A stretch of 64,000 nucleotides of DNA from Chitinophagaceae bacterium (GCA_036846185.1 DAIUCL010000001.1:2611-66610); one strand, 5' to 3'. Positions 39,766 to 49,110 are shown, numbered from the stretch's first letter. The notes: generated from the letters alone by a model not told the origin. Made by a program: numbers and translations.

Positions 39766-41727
39766 TTATTCTTTGATGATTTTGCGACGAAATACACCCT
39801 GCTCGGTATGGATTGATAGCAAATAGATACCAGCAGGAAGGGTGGATAGGTTGAGATCAGATTCTTTGCTTTGGAGAAGCTGCTTGCCACTTACATCGCA
39901 GATGGTGGAGTGGCGTATGGTTAGATTGGGGTTATGAATGGTCAATGTGTGTGTGGTAGGATTAGGGCTGACGGTGATCTGATTGTTCCATTGAATATAA
40001 TTGGCATCGAGAGTGACTAAGTTTGGATTATCGATTATGCTACCGGACGTATTAAGAAGCCAGTTGTTAGGATCAAATTCGATATTTGTTACAGCTCGGT
40101 TATAAGGGATAATGAAATCATTTTGATTTTGGGTGAGAGTGACTCTTATGGTGGTATCGCCTGCCGGACCGATACACTTGATTTCGAGCGGGCCTTTGAA
40201 AAGAGTTGTGCCTGAGGAGGACCCCGTATGGCTTACTCGCAAATATAGATTATTGCCATTGGCAAAAAATTCGCCGGAGAAGATAGGATGCCCGTATCCA
40301 TAAAGCCACTGGTCAAAATAGTCTTGAAGGTTGATTCCCGTATGACTTTCTAAGGAGTTTTTTAAATCATCGATGCCGGCAGTAAGGAAAGCATATTGCT
40401 GGAGAAAATGTTTGAGTCCGCTGTAAAACAAGGAATCGCCAAGAACAAAACGAAGGGTGTGTACCACGGCACTGCCTTTGTCGTAGGTGAGTCGCTTACT
40501 AAAGATTCTATTGACATCTGTAGTATCTGTAAAATATACTCTGGCATTGATATCTTGAAGTACGTTGGTGTGTACTTCTAGCATTTTGGCTTGTGCTGCC
40601 GGCCAGCCTCTGAAGTGATCATATGCAATGTATTCGCCATAGGAGGCAAACCCTTCGTTGATAAAAATATCCTTCCATGTTTTGCATGTGACATAATCGC
40701 CAAACCACTGGTGCATACTTTCGTGGGCATTGAGTGAGAAATTGCCTAGATTACCGACACTGGTCATTGTTTGATGTTCCATTCCACCTCCAAATGGTGC
40801 CATACTGTGACCGTACTTTTCTTCATAAAACGGATAGAGACCAAACAAGTCAGAAAAGTACTCCATAACAAGCGCATTGCTATCGATTTGGGCTTGAAAA
40901 GTAGGGAGTGTATTAGGATTATCATAGACATAGTTGACAAATTTGACCGAATCGTTGGGAAGGGCAGACGGCTTGAACCATGAGGTATAATCTACGTATT
41001 TGGCTACTGCTACAGATAGGAGATAATAATCGATAGCATAGCGCGTCTTCCATCGAAATCGAACTTTATTACCAGGCAAAGAGTCTACGCCTTCGAGCAC
41101 ACCATTGGAGCCCACTTTATTTTGATTGTTGGTTGTCACAAATATCCAAGCACTGTCGGCCTTATCTTGTAAGAATTGCTTACAGGGAAACCACTCCTTA
41201 GCACTGTAAGGCTCACTCAAGCTCCAGGTGACTTGGTTGCCCCATGAGGGAGACGTGCCGGTGCTAAAGCCATTACCTATAGCTGCACCTCCTACTACTG
41301 AAGCATTGCCTTGGTAATATATTTGCAAGCTCACTTGAGCAGCGAGAGGCTGAGTAGGAAGTAGCGCATAGGTGATATCGGCTACTCTGGCAAAGGGTAC
41401 CAGGGTAGTACTATTGAGACGTATACTGTCGATCGTAAGCATACTATTGAGCTCAAAACAGAATGTATCGAGTGATGCAGCCGTGACTGTAGCCCCAATA
41501 GTAGCAAAACCACTTATCATAGTACTATTACGCTCTATATTGAGATCGAGATAATAATGATGTACATCATATTTACTCATCAGACTATTGTCATAAGTCC
41601 CTGCTCGTTTTTTCTTTTGAATCGAGAGCATACTTCGAGCTTTAAAATCGGCACAAGTGCCCTCTTCTTGTGCCAGCAATGTATAGCCGCTTACCAAGGC
41701 AATCATAAGTAGTATCAATGACTTCAT
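39766..41727 (-). CDS. M1-family metallopeptidase with T9SS C-terminal sorting domain
   Basis: 653 aa with a signal peptide. Contains GGGMEHQTM, the HESMHQWFGD HExxH motif and NEGFASYGE. The C-terminus VSPNPTTHTLTIHN...GIYLLSIHTEQG is T9SS CTD-like. Confidence 0.88.
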   Translation of the reverse strand: MKSLILLMIALVSGYTLLAQEEGTCADFKARSMLSIQKKKRAGTYDNSLMSKYDVHHYYLDLNIERNSTMISGFATIGATVTAASLDTFCFELNSMLTIDSIRLNSTTLVPFARVADITYALLPTQPLAAQVSLQIYYQGNASVVGGAAIGNGFSTGTSPSWGNQVTWSLSEPYSAKEWFPCKQFLQDKADSAWIFVTTNNQNKVGSNGVLEGVDSLPGNKVRFRWKTRYAIDYYLLSVAVAKYVDYTSWFKPSALPNDSVKFVNYVYDNPNTLPTFQAQIDSNALVMEYFSDLFGLYPFYEEKYGHSMAPFGGGMEHQTMTSVGNLGNFSLNAHESMHQWFGDYVTCKTWKDIFINEGFASYGEYIAYDHFRGWPAAQAKMLEVHTNVLQDINARVYFTDTTDVNRIFSKRLTYDKGSAVVHTLRFVLGDSLFYSGLKHFLQQYAFLTAGIDDLKNSLESHTGINLQDYFDQWLYGYGHPIFSGEFFANGNNLYLRVSHTGSSSGTTLFKGPLEIKCIGPAGDTTIRVTLTQNQNDFIIPYNRAVTNIEFDPNNWLLNTSGSIIDNPNLVTLDANYIQWNNQITVSPNPTTHTLTIHNPNLTIRHSTICDVSGKQLLQSKESDLNLSTLPAGIYLLSIHTEQGVFRRKIIKE

Positions 41728-42006
41728 AACACAAATTTACAGCAATGCTGCGGGCTTTATCATTAAATGAGGTAAACAGATAAATGAACATAAAAAACAA
41801 ACTTATTCCAGCTATCAAGACGGACATACTATCGCTATTCAATAGAATATCATTCGTTATCATTTTTTCGAAATACCACTATCCACAACTCTCAACTCAA
41901 AATAACTTTGACATTTAGTCAGATTTGTTACTTTTGTCCATCAATCTGTCGAATAATAGAGTTGTATACTTACAGCACTTCTCATCATCTTAAACAGAAG
42001 AAAGAT

Positions 42007-42858
42007 ATGTCATCAACATGGTTTAAACGCATCAAGCAGGGAATACTCACTACATCGAAAGACAAGAAAGACGTGCCGGATGGCTTATGGGTGAAGTGCC
42101 CAGGATGCAAAAACACTTCTACCATCAACGAAATAAAAGAAACATTATGGGTGTGCCCCCATTGTAACTATCACAATCGAATCGATGCTGCTGAATACTT
42201 TGATTTACTCTACGACAAAGGCACTGTAGAGTTGCTATTTGAAAATATTGTATCCAAAGATCAACTAGGATTTGTAGATATCAAACCCTACAAAGACCGC
42301 CTCAAAGAGGCAAGCAAGCAAACCGGCCTCAAAGATGCCATGACGGTAGCGGTAGGTCAAGTAGAGGGCAAAGCACTCGTCACCGCGGCCATGAATTTTC
42401 GATTTATAGGTGGGAGTATGGGCAGCGTAGTAGGCGAAAAAATCGCCAGAGCAATCGATTTTGCTATTGCTAATAAAATGCCTTTTATGATTATCTCCAA
42501 GTCTGGTGGGGCTCGTATGATGGAAAGCGCATTCTCCCTCATGCAAATGGCCAAAACCTCTGCCAAGCTCACTCAGTTGGCCAAGGCCAAGCTACCATAC
42601 ATTTCTTATCTGACCGATCCTACTACCGGCGGTGTAACGGCCTCTTATGCCATGCTGGGCGATATTAATATCGCTGAGCCGGGAGCACTTATTGGCTTTG
42701 CCGGACCTCGAGTCATCAAAGAAACCATCAAAAAAGATTTACCCGCAGGTTTTCAAACCTCCGAGTTTCTCCTCGATCATGGCTTTTTAGATTTTATTGT
42801 AGACCGCAAAGAAATGAAGCAAAGAATCAGCGAAATGATCGACTACTTCATGAAATAA
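42007..42858 (+). CDS. accD: Acetyl-CoA carboxylase carboxyltransferase subunit beta
   Basis: ORF 41908-42858, with the conserved start [10 protein letters not shown] at 42007. Has the zinc ribbon CPGCKN...CPHCNYH and the [13 protein letters not shown] block. Confidence 0.93.
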   Translation: MSSTWFKRIKQGILTTSKDKKDVPDGLWVKCPGCKNTSTINEIKETLWVCPHCNYHNRIDAAEYFDLLYDKGTVELLFENIVSKDQLGFVDIKPYKDRLKEASKQTGLKDAMTVAVGQVEGKALVTAAMNFRFIGGSMGSVVGEKIARAIDFAIANKMPFMIISKSGGARMMESAFSLMQMAKTSAKLTQLAKAKLPYISYLTDPTTGGVTASYAMLGDINIAEPGALIGFAGPRVIKETIKKDLPAGFQTSEFLLDHGFLDFIVDRKEMKQRISEMIDYFMK

Positions 42859-42903
42859 TCGCTGCTACCCGTTCACTCATCAACGAATATGATTCATAAA
42901 AAA

Positions 42904-42932
42904 ATAACAGCAATATAGCTGTTATTTTTTTT
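42904..42932 (+). terminator. Rho-independent terminator after accD
   Basis: ATAACAGC-AATATA-GCTGTTAT is followed by T8. It is also preceded by an A-run, so it may act in both directions. Confidence 0.7.
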
Positions 42933-42953
42933 ACTGAATTTTGTGATACAAGG

Positions 42954-43098
42954 TGGGCGGCAAACACGCTTTCCACTTCAAGTCCTCATCGTAGGCTGTG
43001 AGCTGCCTAGTCGCGGTGGAGGCTCCGTGCCTCCGCCTTCCCACTTCTGGCACCTCTACACCCTACTCTTGCGGGCTTTCCGTTGCAATCGTTGCCGC
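42954..43098 (-). repeat. Family B repeat, copy B3
   Basis: The reverse complement reads GCGGCAACGATTGCAACGGAAAGCCCGC...GGC-GGAGGCACGGA-GCC...GAGGACTTGAAGTGGAAAGCGTGTTTGCCGCCCA. Lies in the convergent gap between accD and the DUF3127-like gene. Confidence 0.9.
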
Positions 43099-43136
43099 AA
43101 ACGGAACAAAGGAATACGACAAAATCTATCCCTCCA

Positions 43137-43547
43137 TTAAAAAGGCAAATCATCATTGGAAGGAGCCGCCGTAATCACACCAGGTGCCATATGACCTACA
43201 TTCGAAGTGCTCTCAGGAGCCATATAGCTAACAGATGGCGAAGATGACGGACCATTGGTAGCAGACACCTTCTCTATTCGCCAAGCTTCGAGCGAATTGA
43301 AATATTTAATCCCTTGCGGTCCACTCCATTCTCTTCCCCTAAGATTGAAGGAGACCTTCATTTGGTCGCCTACATTATAATTGTCTAATTGAGAACACTT
43401 ATCTTGCACCAATTGCAAAGATATATACTGTGGATACTGCGTTTCTTCATCTATGGTGATCACAAAATCACGTTTAGAAAATTTTTCGCTTATTACCTGT
43501 GTGTCCGATTTCACTTTGAGCGTTCCAGAAATTTCAAAAGATGCCAT
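43137..43547 (-). CDS. DUF3127-like OB-fold protein with SSB-type acidic C-terminal tip
   Basis: ORF 43137-43607, with a likely start at MASFEISGTLKV (43547). The N-terminal ~100 aa resemble the DUF3127 family (from memory). A Pro/Ser/Gly-rich linker ends in NDDLPF, like the SSB DDDIPF tip. Confidence 0.7.
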   Translation of the reverse strand: MASFEISGTLKVKSDTQVISEKFSKRDFVITIDEETQYPQYISLQLVQDKCSQLDNYNVGDQMKVSFNLRGREWSGPQGIKYFNSLEAWRIEKVSATNGPSSSPSVSYMAPESTSNVGHMAPGVITAAPSNDDLPF

Positions 43548-43617
43548 AAAAATGTATTTATAATAATTTAAACTACGAAGATAGAATGTTTTTGTAATTT
43601 TAGGCATCTAGCGTATC

Positions 43618-44370
43618 ATGAAATTTTTGCAAATAACTTTGCTGCTTCTTTCTTTGACTCTCTTGTGTTGTAGAGCTCCATGGATAGCTACATACAATAC
43701 ACACAGCACGAACAAAATACATATAGCAGATACTGCTATATACAACCCGGCAGATAGTTTGCTCGAGCCATACCGTCTGTCACTGACACGCATCATGGCC
43801 GATACCATAACCTATGCATCCGGCTTATTCAAAAAGAAAGTCCCCGCAGGCAGCCTTGGCAACTTAGTCACAGATGCCATATGGCACTACTATCAAAATC
43901 ATAGTATTGCTATTGATGCAGTCATCACCAACTACGGCGGCCTTCGACTACAAGAATGGCCGGCAGGTGCCATTACTCTCGCCAAAGTATATGAGCTACT
44001 CCCTTTCGACAACGAAGTAGTACTCATTACCATCAGCAAAGACCTATTACGAACATGGATAAAACACATATCCAACGCCAAAGGCTGGCCTATAGCAGGT
44101 ATGAACATACAAATCAATCCTTCGGATAATACCGCTGACTCCATAAAAATAGAATGGCTCAAAGGCAACGTAGAAAATGTGTCGCAAGACAGTGTACGAA
44201 TAGCCACTATCGACTACGTAGCCAATGGAGGCGACCGATGTGATTTTCTGAAAGGAGTACCCCAATTGCCTAGCAAACAACTTGTTCGAGATATTGTACT
44301 CGAATACCTCCGCACACAAAAAAAAATAGTACCCGACTCTTCCATACGATTTATCATCCACCATGAATAG
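43618..44370 (+). CDS. 5'-nucleotidase C-terminal (substrate-binding) domain lipoprotein
   Basis: 250 aa. Has the signal/lipobox LTLLCC, plus LGNLVTDA, NYGGLR and ATIDYVANGGD blocks as in the UshA C-terminal domain. Confidence 0.8.
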   Translation: MKFLQITLLLLSLTLLCCRAPWIATYNTHSTNKIHIADTAIYNPADSLLEPYRLSLTRIMADTITYASGLFKKKVPAGSLGNLVTDAIWHYYQNHSIAIDAVITNYGGLRLQEWPAGAITLAKVYELLPFDNEVVLITISKDLLRTWIKHISNAKGWPIAGMNIQINPSDNTADSIKIEWLKGNVENVSQDSVRIATIDYVANGGDRCDFLKGVPQLPSKQLVRDIVLEYLRTQKKIVPDSSIRFIIHHE

Positions 44371-45298
44371 AAGAACATTTATCAAACAAAGCGCCGGAAT
44401 AGCCTCTATGCTAGCCCTTGATCAAATACCCCTGACGGCTGCATCTCACCAGCACACAAAGACTAGCACATTGAGTATCCTACACACGAATGATGTACAC
44501 AGCCGACTAGAAGCCTTCCCTATGGATGGAAGCCAATGGCAAGGCCTGGGAGGGATAAAAAACAGGTACGAAATGATCCGCAGAATAAGAGAAGAAGAAG
44601 AACATGTACTACTTCTAGATGCTGGGGATATCTTTCAAGGCACACCCTATTTTAACCTTTACAAAGGCAAACCAGAAATGCAAGCGATGAGCCTGATGGG
44701 CTATGATGCCGCAACTATAGGAAACCATGATTTTGATTTAGGCATGGATAATCTGGCTGCTCAAATGACCTATGCCGATTTTGAATTTGTCAATTGCAAC
44801 TATGACGTATCCTCTACCGTTCTCAGCTATCGAGTAAAACCATATACCATAGTACGAAAAGGCCCTTTAAAGATAGGCATACTGGGTGTAGGTATTGAAC
44901 TCAAAGGATTAATACCCGACCATCTTTGTATGGGCGTACAATACCATGATCCGATTGTTTGTGCGAATGAAGTAGCTTATCATCTAAAAGTCAAAAAAAA
45001 ATGTGATTTCGTAATCTGCCTTTCACATCTTGGATTTTCCTATACCGATGCTAAAGTGAGTGATAAAATATTAGCCAAAGAAAGTGAGTATATCGATGGC
45101 ATACTAGGTGGGCATACCCATACATTGCTGGAAAAACCTTACATGCTAAAAAATCGACATAACAAAGATATTTTTGTTAATCAAGTGGGATGGGCTGGCA
45201 CACATTTGGGGAGAATAAATATTTTTTTTAATCATAAAAAGCACTATGACTATGTTTCAAATTTTACTGTGTTGAAGGTGAAAGAAACAAGGGTATAA
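44363..45298 (+). CDS. Metallophosphoesterase domain of 5'-nucleotidase (Tat signal)
   Basis: 311 aa. Has a twin-arginine-like N-terminus (MNRRTFIKQSAGIASMLAL) and the ILHTNDVHS, DAGD, GNHDFD and GGHTH calcineurin-like motifs. Overlaps the previous gene by 8 nt. Confidence 0.85.
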   Translation: MNRRTFIKQSAGIASMLALDQIPLTAASHQHTKTSTLSILHTNDVHSRLEAFPMDGSQWQGLGGIKNRYEMIRRIREEEEHVLLLDAGDIFQGTPYFNLYKGKPEMQAMSLMGYDAATIGNHDFDLGMDNLAAQMTYADFEFVNCNYDVSSTVLSYRVKPYTIVRKGPLKIGILGVGIELKGLIPDHLCMGVQYHDPIVCANEVAYHLKVKKKCDFVICLSHLGFSYTDAKVSDKILAKESEYIDGILGGHTHTLLEKPYMLKNRHNKDIFVNQVGWAGTHLGRINIFFNHKKHYDYVSNFTVLKVKETRV

Positions 45299-45422
45299 AA
45301 ATTTTTTTTTTCAACAAAAAATCACCACTTTCGTTGCCCGATTGAAAAAACATATCTTAAAGATTTGTTCATCAAAAAGATACAAACATTTTAGTAACAA
45401 ACTTAAAATTTGAATAAATATA

Positions 45423-46859
45423 ATGATGAAGACCTTTGAAAATATATGGGAGAATTGTTTGAAGGTTATCAAAGACAATATCAGCTGGCAGTCTTACAAA
45501 ACTTGGTTTGAACCTATTAAACCTGTTGCTTTAGAAGACAATGTACTTGTTATAGAAGTTCCTAGTCAGTTTTTTTATGAATGGCTTGAAGAGCACTATG
45601 TAGAACTGCTTGCTAAAACAATTAAAAGAGAACTAGGAAAAGATGCCAAATTGGAATATCGTATTTTGATGGAAAATCAAAATAAGAAAAACCCAATGTC
45701 GGTGAGAATGCCAGGTGGCAACCCCTCACAAGCCAACTTGACGAACAACTATGTCGATATGCCTTTAGGTCAAGACAGCGGTATCAAAAACCCATTTGTG
45801 ATACCCGGTCTCAAACGCTCACAAATAGACCCACAGCTAAATCCCAATTATACGTTTGACACCTATGTTGAGGGTGAGTGCAACAGACTGGCCAGAAGTG
45901 CCGGATTGGCGGTAGCCCAAAAACCAGGTGGCACCTCTTTTAATCCATTAGTGGTATACAGCAATAGTGGCTTGGGCAAAACACACCTCATCCATGCCAT
46001 CGGTAATGAAACTAAACGCTTACATCCAAACAAAACCGTACTGTATGTCAGTGCCGAAAAATTTATTCATCAATTTATAGAACATTCTCGAAATCAAGAA
46101 ATCAATGATTTCATTAATTTCTACCAACTGATCGATGTACTCATCATTGATGATATTCATTATTTCGCACCAGCAATAAAATCTCAAGATGCTTTTTTCT
46201 CTATCTTCAATCATCTGCATCAAAACGGCAAACAACTAATACTCACTAGCGACAAACCACCGAAGGATTTGGATGGTATGCAGGAGCGCTTGCTCTCTCG
46301 CTTCCGATGGGGACTGAGTGCCGACTTACAAACGCCCGACTTTGAAACCCGCATGGCTATTCTTGATTTCAAAATGCGTCAAGATGGACTCGAACTTCCG
46401 GCAGAAGTAGTAAAATACTTGGCTTATAATGTGCAGAATAATATACGCGAAATGGAAGGTGCGCTAATTTCACTCTTGGCTCACTCATCCTTAGTGAATC
46501 GCGAAATTGATCTTGATCTTGCCAAGAAAGTATTACGCAATATTGTCAAAACCTCCAGTAAAGAAATTACAATTGATTATATCCAAAAACTGGTATGTGA
46601 CTTTTACAATATCCCTTACGACAAATTACAAGCCAAAACACGTAAGCGTGAAATCGTTCAGGCTCGTCAAATCTCTATGTTTTTGGCCAAGCAATATACC
46701 AAAAACTCACTCAAAAATATAGGTGACCACTTTGGCGGTCGCGACCATACAACCGTAATCCATAGTTGCCAAACGGTAAAAGACCTCATGGATACAGACA
46801 CACTGATCCGTGAGCAAGTAAAAGAATTGCAACAAAAAGTACAACTAGCAGCTATTTAA
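45423..46859 (+). CDS. dnaA: Chromosomal replication initiator protein DnaA
   Basis: 478 aa. Has Walker A GLGKTHL, Walker B IIDDIHYF and sensor RFRWGL. The C-terminal DNA-binding signature is IGDHFGGRDHTTVIHSC. Confidence 0.97.
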   Translation: MMKTFENIWENCLKVIKDNISWQSYKTWFEPIKPVALEDNVLVIEVPSQFFYEWLEEHYVELLAKTIKRELGKDAKLEYRILMENQNKKNPMSVRMPGGNPSQANLTNNYVDMPLGQDSGIKNPFVIPGLKRSQIDPQLNPNYTFDTYVEGECNRLARSAGLAVAQKPGGTSFNPLVVYSNSGLGKTHLIHAIGNETKRLHPNKTVLYVSAEKFIHQFIEHSRNQEINDFINFYQLIDVLIIDDIHYFAPAIKSQDAFFSIFNHLHQNGKQLILTSDKPPKDLDGMQERLLSRFRWGLSADLQTPDFETRMAILDFKMRQDGLELPAEVVKYLAYNVQNNIREMEGALISLLAHSSLVNREIDLDLAKKVLRNIVKTSSKEITIDYIQKLVCDFYNIPYDKLQAKTRKREIVQARQISMFLAKQYTKNSLKNIGDHFGGRDHTTVIHSCQTVKDLMDTDTLIREQVKELQQKVQLAAI

Positions 46860-46873
46860 AACCTGCTATTTGC

Positions 46874-46912
46874 TATCAAGAGAGCCGCCCCTAAGGGGCG
46901 GCTCTCTTGATA
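46874..46912 (+). terminator. Perfect GC-rich palindrome after dnaA (possible terminator)
   Basis: TATCAAGAGAGCCGCCCC-TAA-GGGGCGGCTCTCTTGATA is an 18-bp perfect stem lying 15 nt after the dnaA stop. There is no clear U-tract. Confidence 0.5.
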
Positions 46913-46935
46913 TAACACACTTCCGTGCACTGACT

Positions 46936-47058
46936 ATGATGATAGAATTGTATACGATGAAAAATAGCCGTGATGGTAGCGGATATAGCGAAGGCTTGCC
47001 GAAGATATAGCAGCGGACAGCACGAAGTAGCTTCATAGAATTACGGCAGATGAGCTCC
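46936..47058 (-). repeat. Family A repeat, copy A9 (hairpin rearranged)
   Basis: The plus strand reads CGATGAAAAATAGCCGTGATGGTAGCGGATATAGCGAAGG...GATGAGCTCC followed by an A-run. It shares the TGATGGTAG(T/C)GGATAT variant with A10. Confidence 0.65.
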
Positions 47059-47202
47059 AAAAAAATAATATTACTACACAAAAATCTGTTTAAATATCCA
47101 ATACCAGATTCCTTCAGCTTGGCAATTGTGGAATGTATAAAGCTGTTTGCAAAACATATTTGGTTTTGTGTCGCTTATTGCCTCAAATTAGCGCCTGTAG
47201 AT

Positions 47203-47210
47203 TATCTTTG
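47203..47210 (+). promoter_or_regulatory. Bacteroidota -7 box upstream of pyrH
   Basis: TATCTTTG lies 18 nt before the ATG at 47229. Confidence 0.5.
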
Positions 47211-47228
47211 TCCAAATCTAAGTCTCAT

Positions 47229-47939
47229 ATGCTACCCAAATACAAGCGAATATTATTAAAACTCTCCGGCGAAAGCCTTATGGGCGACAAGTCTTTTGGC
47301 TTGGACCCTGCAATGCTTTCGCAGTATGCCTACGACATCAAATCAATCACGGATATGGGCGTACAAGTAGCATTGGTAATAGGTGGGGGCAATATCTACA
47401 GAGGAATGAATGAAAAAGAGACAGGCATAGAACGTGCTCAAGGTGATTATATGGGCATGCTGGCAACGGTGATTAATGGAATTGCTATGCAGAGTATGTT
47501 GGAAAAGATCGGTGTACAAACTCGCCTGCAAAGTGCTATAAAAATGGATCAGGTGGCAGAACCTTTTATACGACGTAGAGCTATCCGACATCTGGAAAAA
47601 GGACGTGTAGTCATTTTTGGTGCCGGTACCGGCAACCCCTATTTTACGACAGACACCGCCGGCACTCTGCGCGCTATCGAAATCAACGCCGATGCCATAC
47701 TGAAAGGCACAAGAGTAGATGGCATCTATGACAGCGACCCCGAAAAAAATCCCAACGCAGTAAAGTTTGATTCGCTGAGCTATGCCGATGCCATAGGCAA
47801 AAATCTGAAAGTGATGGACATGACGGCCTTTACGTTATGTCAGGAAAATAGCTTACCTATCATCGTATTTGATATGAATACCCCCGGCAATTTGTTGCAC
47901 GTTGTGACCGGTAAACATATTGGTACTCTGGTCAAATAA
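47229..47939 (+). CDS. pyrH: UMP kinase
   Basis: ORF 47133-47939. The ATG at 47229 ([15 protein letters not shown]) lies 19 nt after TATCTTTG at 47203-47210. Contains [21 protein letters not shown] and a GVYD-like DGIYDSDP block. Confidence 0.95.
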   Translation: MLPKYKRILLKLSGESLMGDKSFGLDPAMLSQYAYDIKSITDMGVQVALVIGGGNIYRGMNEKETGIERAQGDYMGMLATVINGIAMQSMLEKIGVQTRLQSAIKMDQVAEPFIRRRAIRHLEKGRVVIFGAGTGNPYFTTDTAGTLRAIEINADAILKGTRVDGIYDSDPEKNPNAVKFDSLSYADAIGKNLKVMDMTAFTLCQENSLPIIVFDMNTPGNLLHVVTGKHIGTLVK

Positions 47940-48012
47940 TCAAGCTTGGAGAAGCACCATAAATCCTTACTTAATATATCATAGAGATCAGAACTATTCA
48001 TAGAGAGTAACG

Positions 48013-48020
48013 TACTTTTG
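48013..48020 (+). promoter_or_regulatory. Bacteroidota -7 box upstream of the HlyD-family gene
   Basis: TACTTTTG lies 16 nt before the ATG at 48037. Confidence 0.5.
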
Positions 48021-48036
48021 CAGCTACTCTTATACC

Positions 48037-49110
48037 ATGAATTATTTATATCTATTACTACTCACAATACTTTGCTTTGCTTGCAATGACAAGACAGAAT
48101 GGGTACATCCACAACGCCAAGATATTACCCAATCCGTATTTGCATCGGGTAACGTAAAAAGCAGAGGTCAGTACAGCGTATATAGCAAAATGACCGCAAC
48201 GGTAGACCAAGTATTGGTTAAAGATGGCGAGAAAGTACAAAAAGGTCAACTTTTATTCAAACTCAGTGCCGAAGTACCCACCCTTAGCACCGATAATGCT
48301 CGTATACAAGCCGATAATGCTGATTTTGTTGCCAATAAAATGCGACTGGACGAGCTTGACCTAGCGATTGAACAAAGTAGACGAAACGCAGAAAATGCAA
48401 AAAGACTCTGGGAAAGACAACAAAAATTGTGGGCAGAAAACATAGGTACTAAGGTAGAACTAGAACAAAAAGAATTGAACTATCAAAATGCATTATCTGC
48501 CCTGTCATCAGCAGAAATTAAGAAAAATGACCTAAAAAAACAACTACACTATGCTGACCGACAAGCCCGAAAAAACTTATCAATCAGCAAATCAATGCTC
48601 AATGATTACGAAGTAAAAAGCGAACTGAATGGCACGGTATATGCCGTGTACAAAGAAAAGGGAGACCTTATTACACCACAATCTGCCCTGGGAGTAATAG
48701 GTACTGACGACTTCTACCTGTCGCTCCAAGTCGATGAAAACGACATTGCCTCAATTCAAGAAAAACAGAAAATCCTAGTCTTCATGGACAGTCACAAAGG
48801 GCAGCTCATCGAAGGTATCATTACGCAGATATCACCCATTATGAATGAGCGAAGCCGAAGCTTTACGGTAGAGGCCAACTTTGTGAATACGCCACCCAAA
48901 TTGTATCCTAATCTTAGTGTTGAAGCCAATATCGTACTCAGCAAAAAACAAAATGCCATAACTATACCACGGGCATACCTCAATGAGGACAACACCGTAT
49001 GGATCTCCAAAAAAGAAAAAAAATCGGTAAAAACCGGTCTGCAAGATTATACCAAAGTTGAAATACTGGAAGGACTCTCTGAAAATGATAAAATCTACAA
49101 ATTGCCCTAG
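48037..49110 (+). CDS. Efflux transporter periplasmic adaptor subunit (HlyD/MFP family)
   Basis: 357 aa with an N-terminal lipobox (LCFAC). Has a long coiled-coil hairpin region and beta-barrel C-terminal blocks. Confidence 0.85.
   Translation: MNYLYLLLLTILCFACNDKTEWVHPQRQDITQSVFASGNVKSRGQYSVYSKMTATVDQVLVKDGEKVQKGQLLFKLSAEVPTLSTDNARIQADNADFVANKMRLDELDLAIEQSRRNAENAKRLWERQQKLWAENIGTKVELEQKELNYQNALSALSSAEIKKNDLKKQLHYADRQARKNLSISKSMLNDYEVKSELNGTVYAVYKEKGDLITPQSALGVIGTDDFYLSLQVDENDIASIQEKQKILVFMDSHKGQLIEGIITQISPIMNERSRSFTVEANFVNTPPKLYPNLSVEANIVLSKKQNAITIPRAYLNEDNTVWISKKEKKSVKTGLQDYTKVEILEGLSENDKIYKLP

Noticed and set aside
41908-42006. N-terminal extensions suggested by the longest-ORF calls. Examples are accD from 41908, pyrH from 47133, the TonB receptor from 38095, and the genes at 39354, 43607, 26162, 24869 and 7469.
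   Set aside because: The extensions are non-conserved-looking and often start at non-ATG codons. Some overlap the upstream gene, or contain the gene's own TAnnTTTG box. Internal ATGs give canonical N-termini or signal peptides.
42943-43140. Track ORF 42943-43140(+), 65 aa.
   Set aside because: It coincides exactly with family B copy B3. Equivalent positions in other B copies do not keep an open frame.
45299-47228. oriC next to dnaA (AT-rich gaps at 45299-45422 and 46860-47228).
   Set aside because: I found no TTATCCACA/TGTGGATAA-like DnaA boxes or clustered near-matches by eye in either gap. The downstream gap is mostly a palindrome plus a family A repeat. An origin cannot be supported from this sequence alone.
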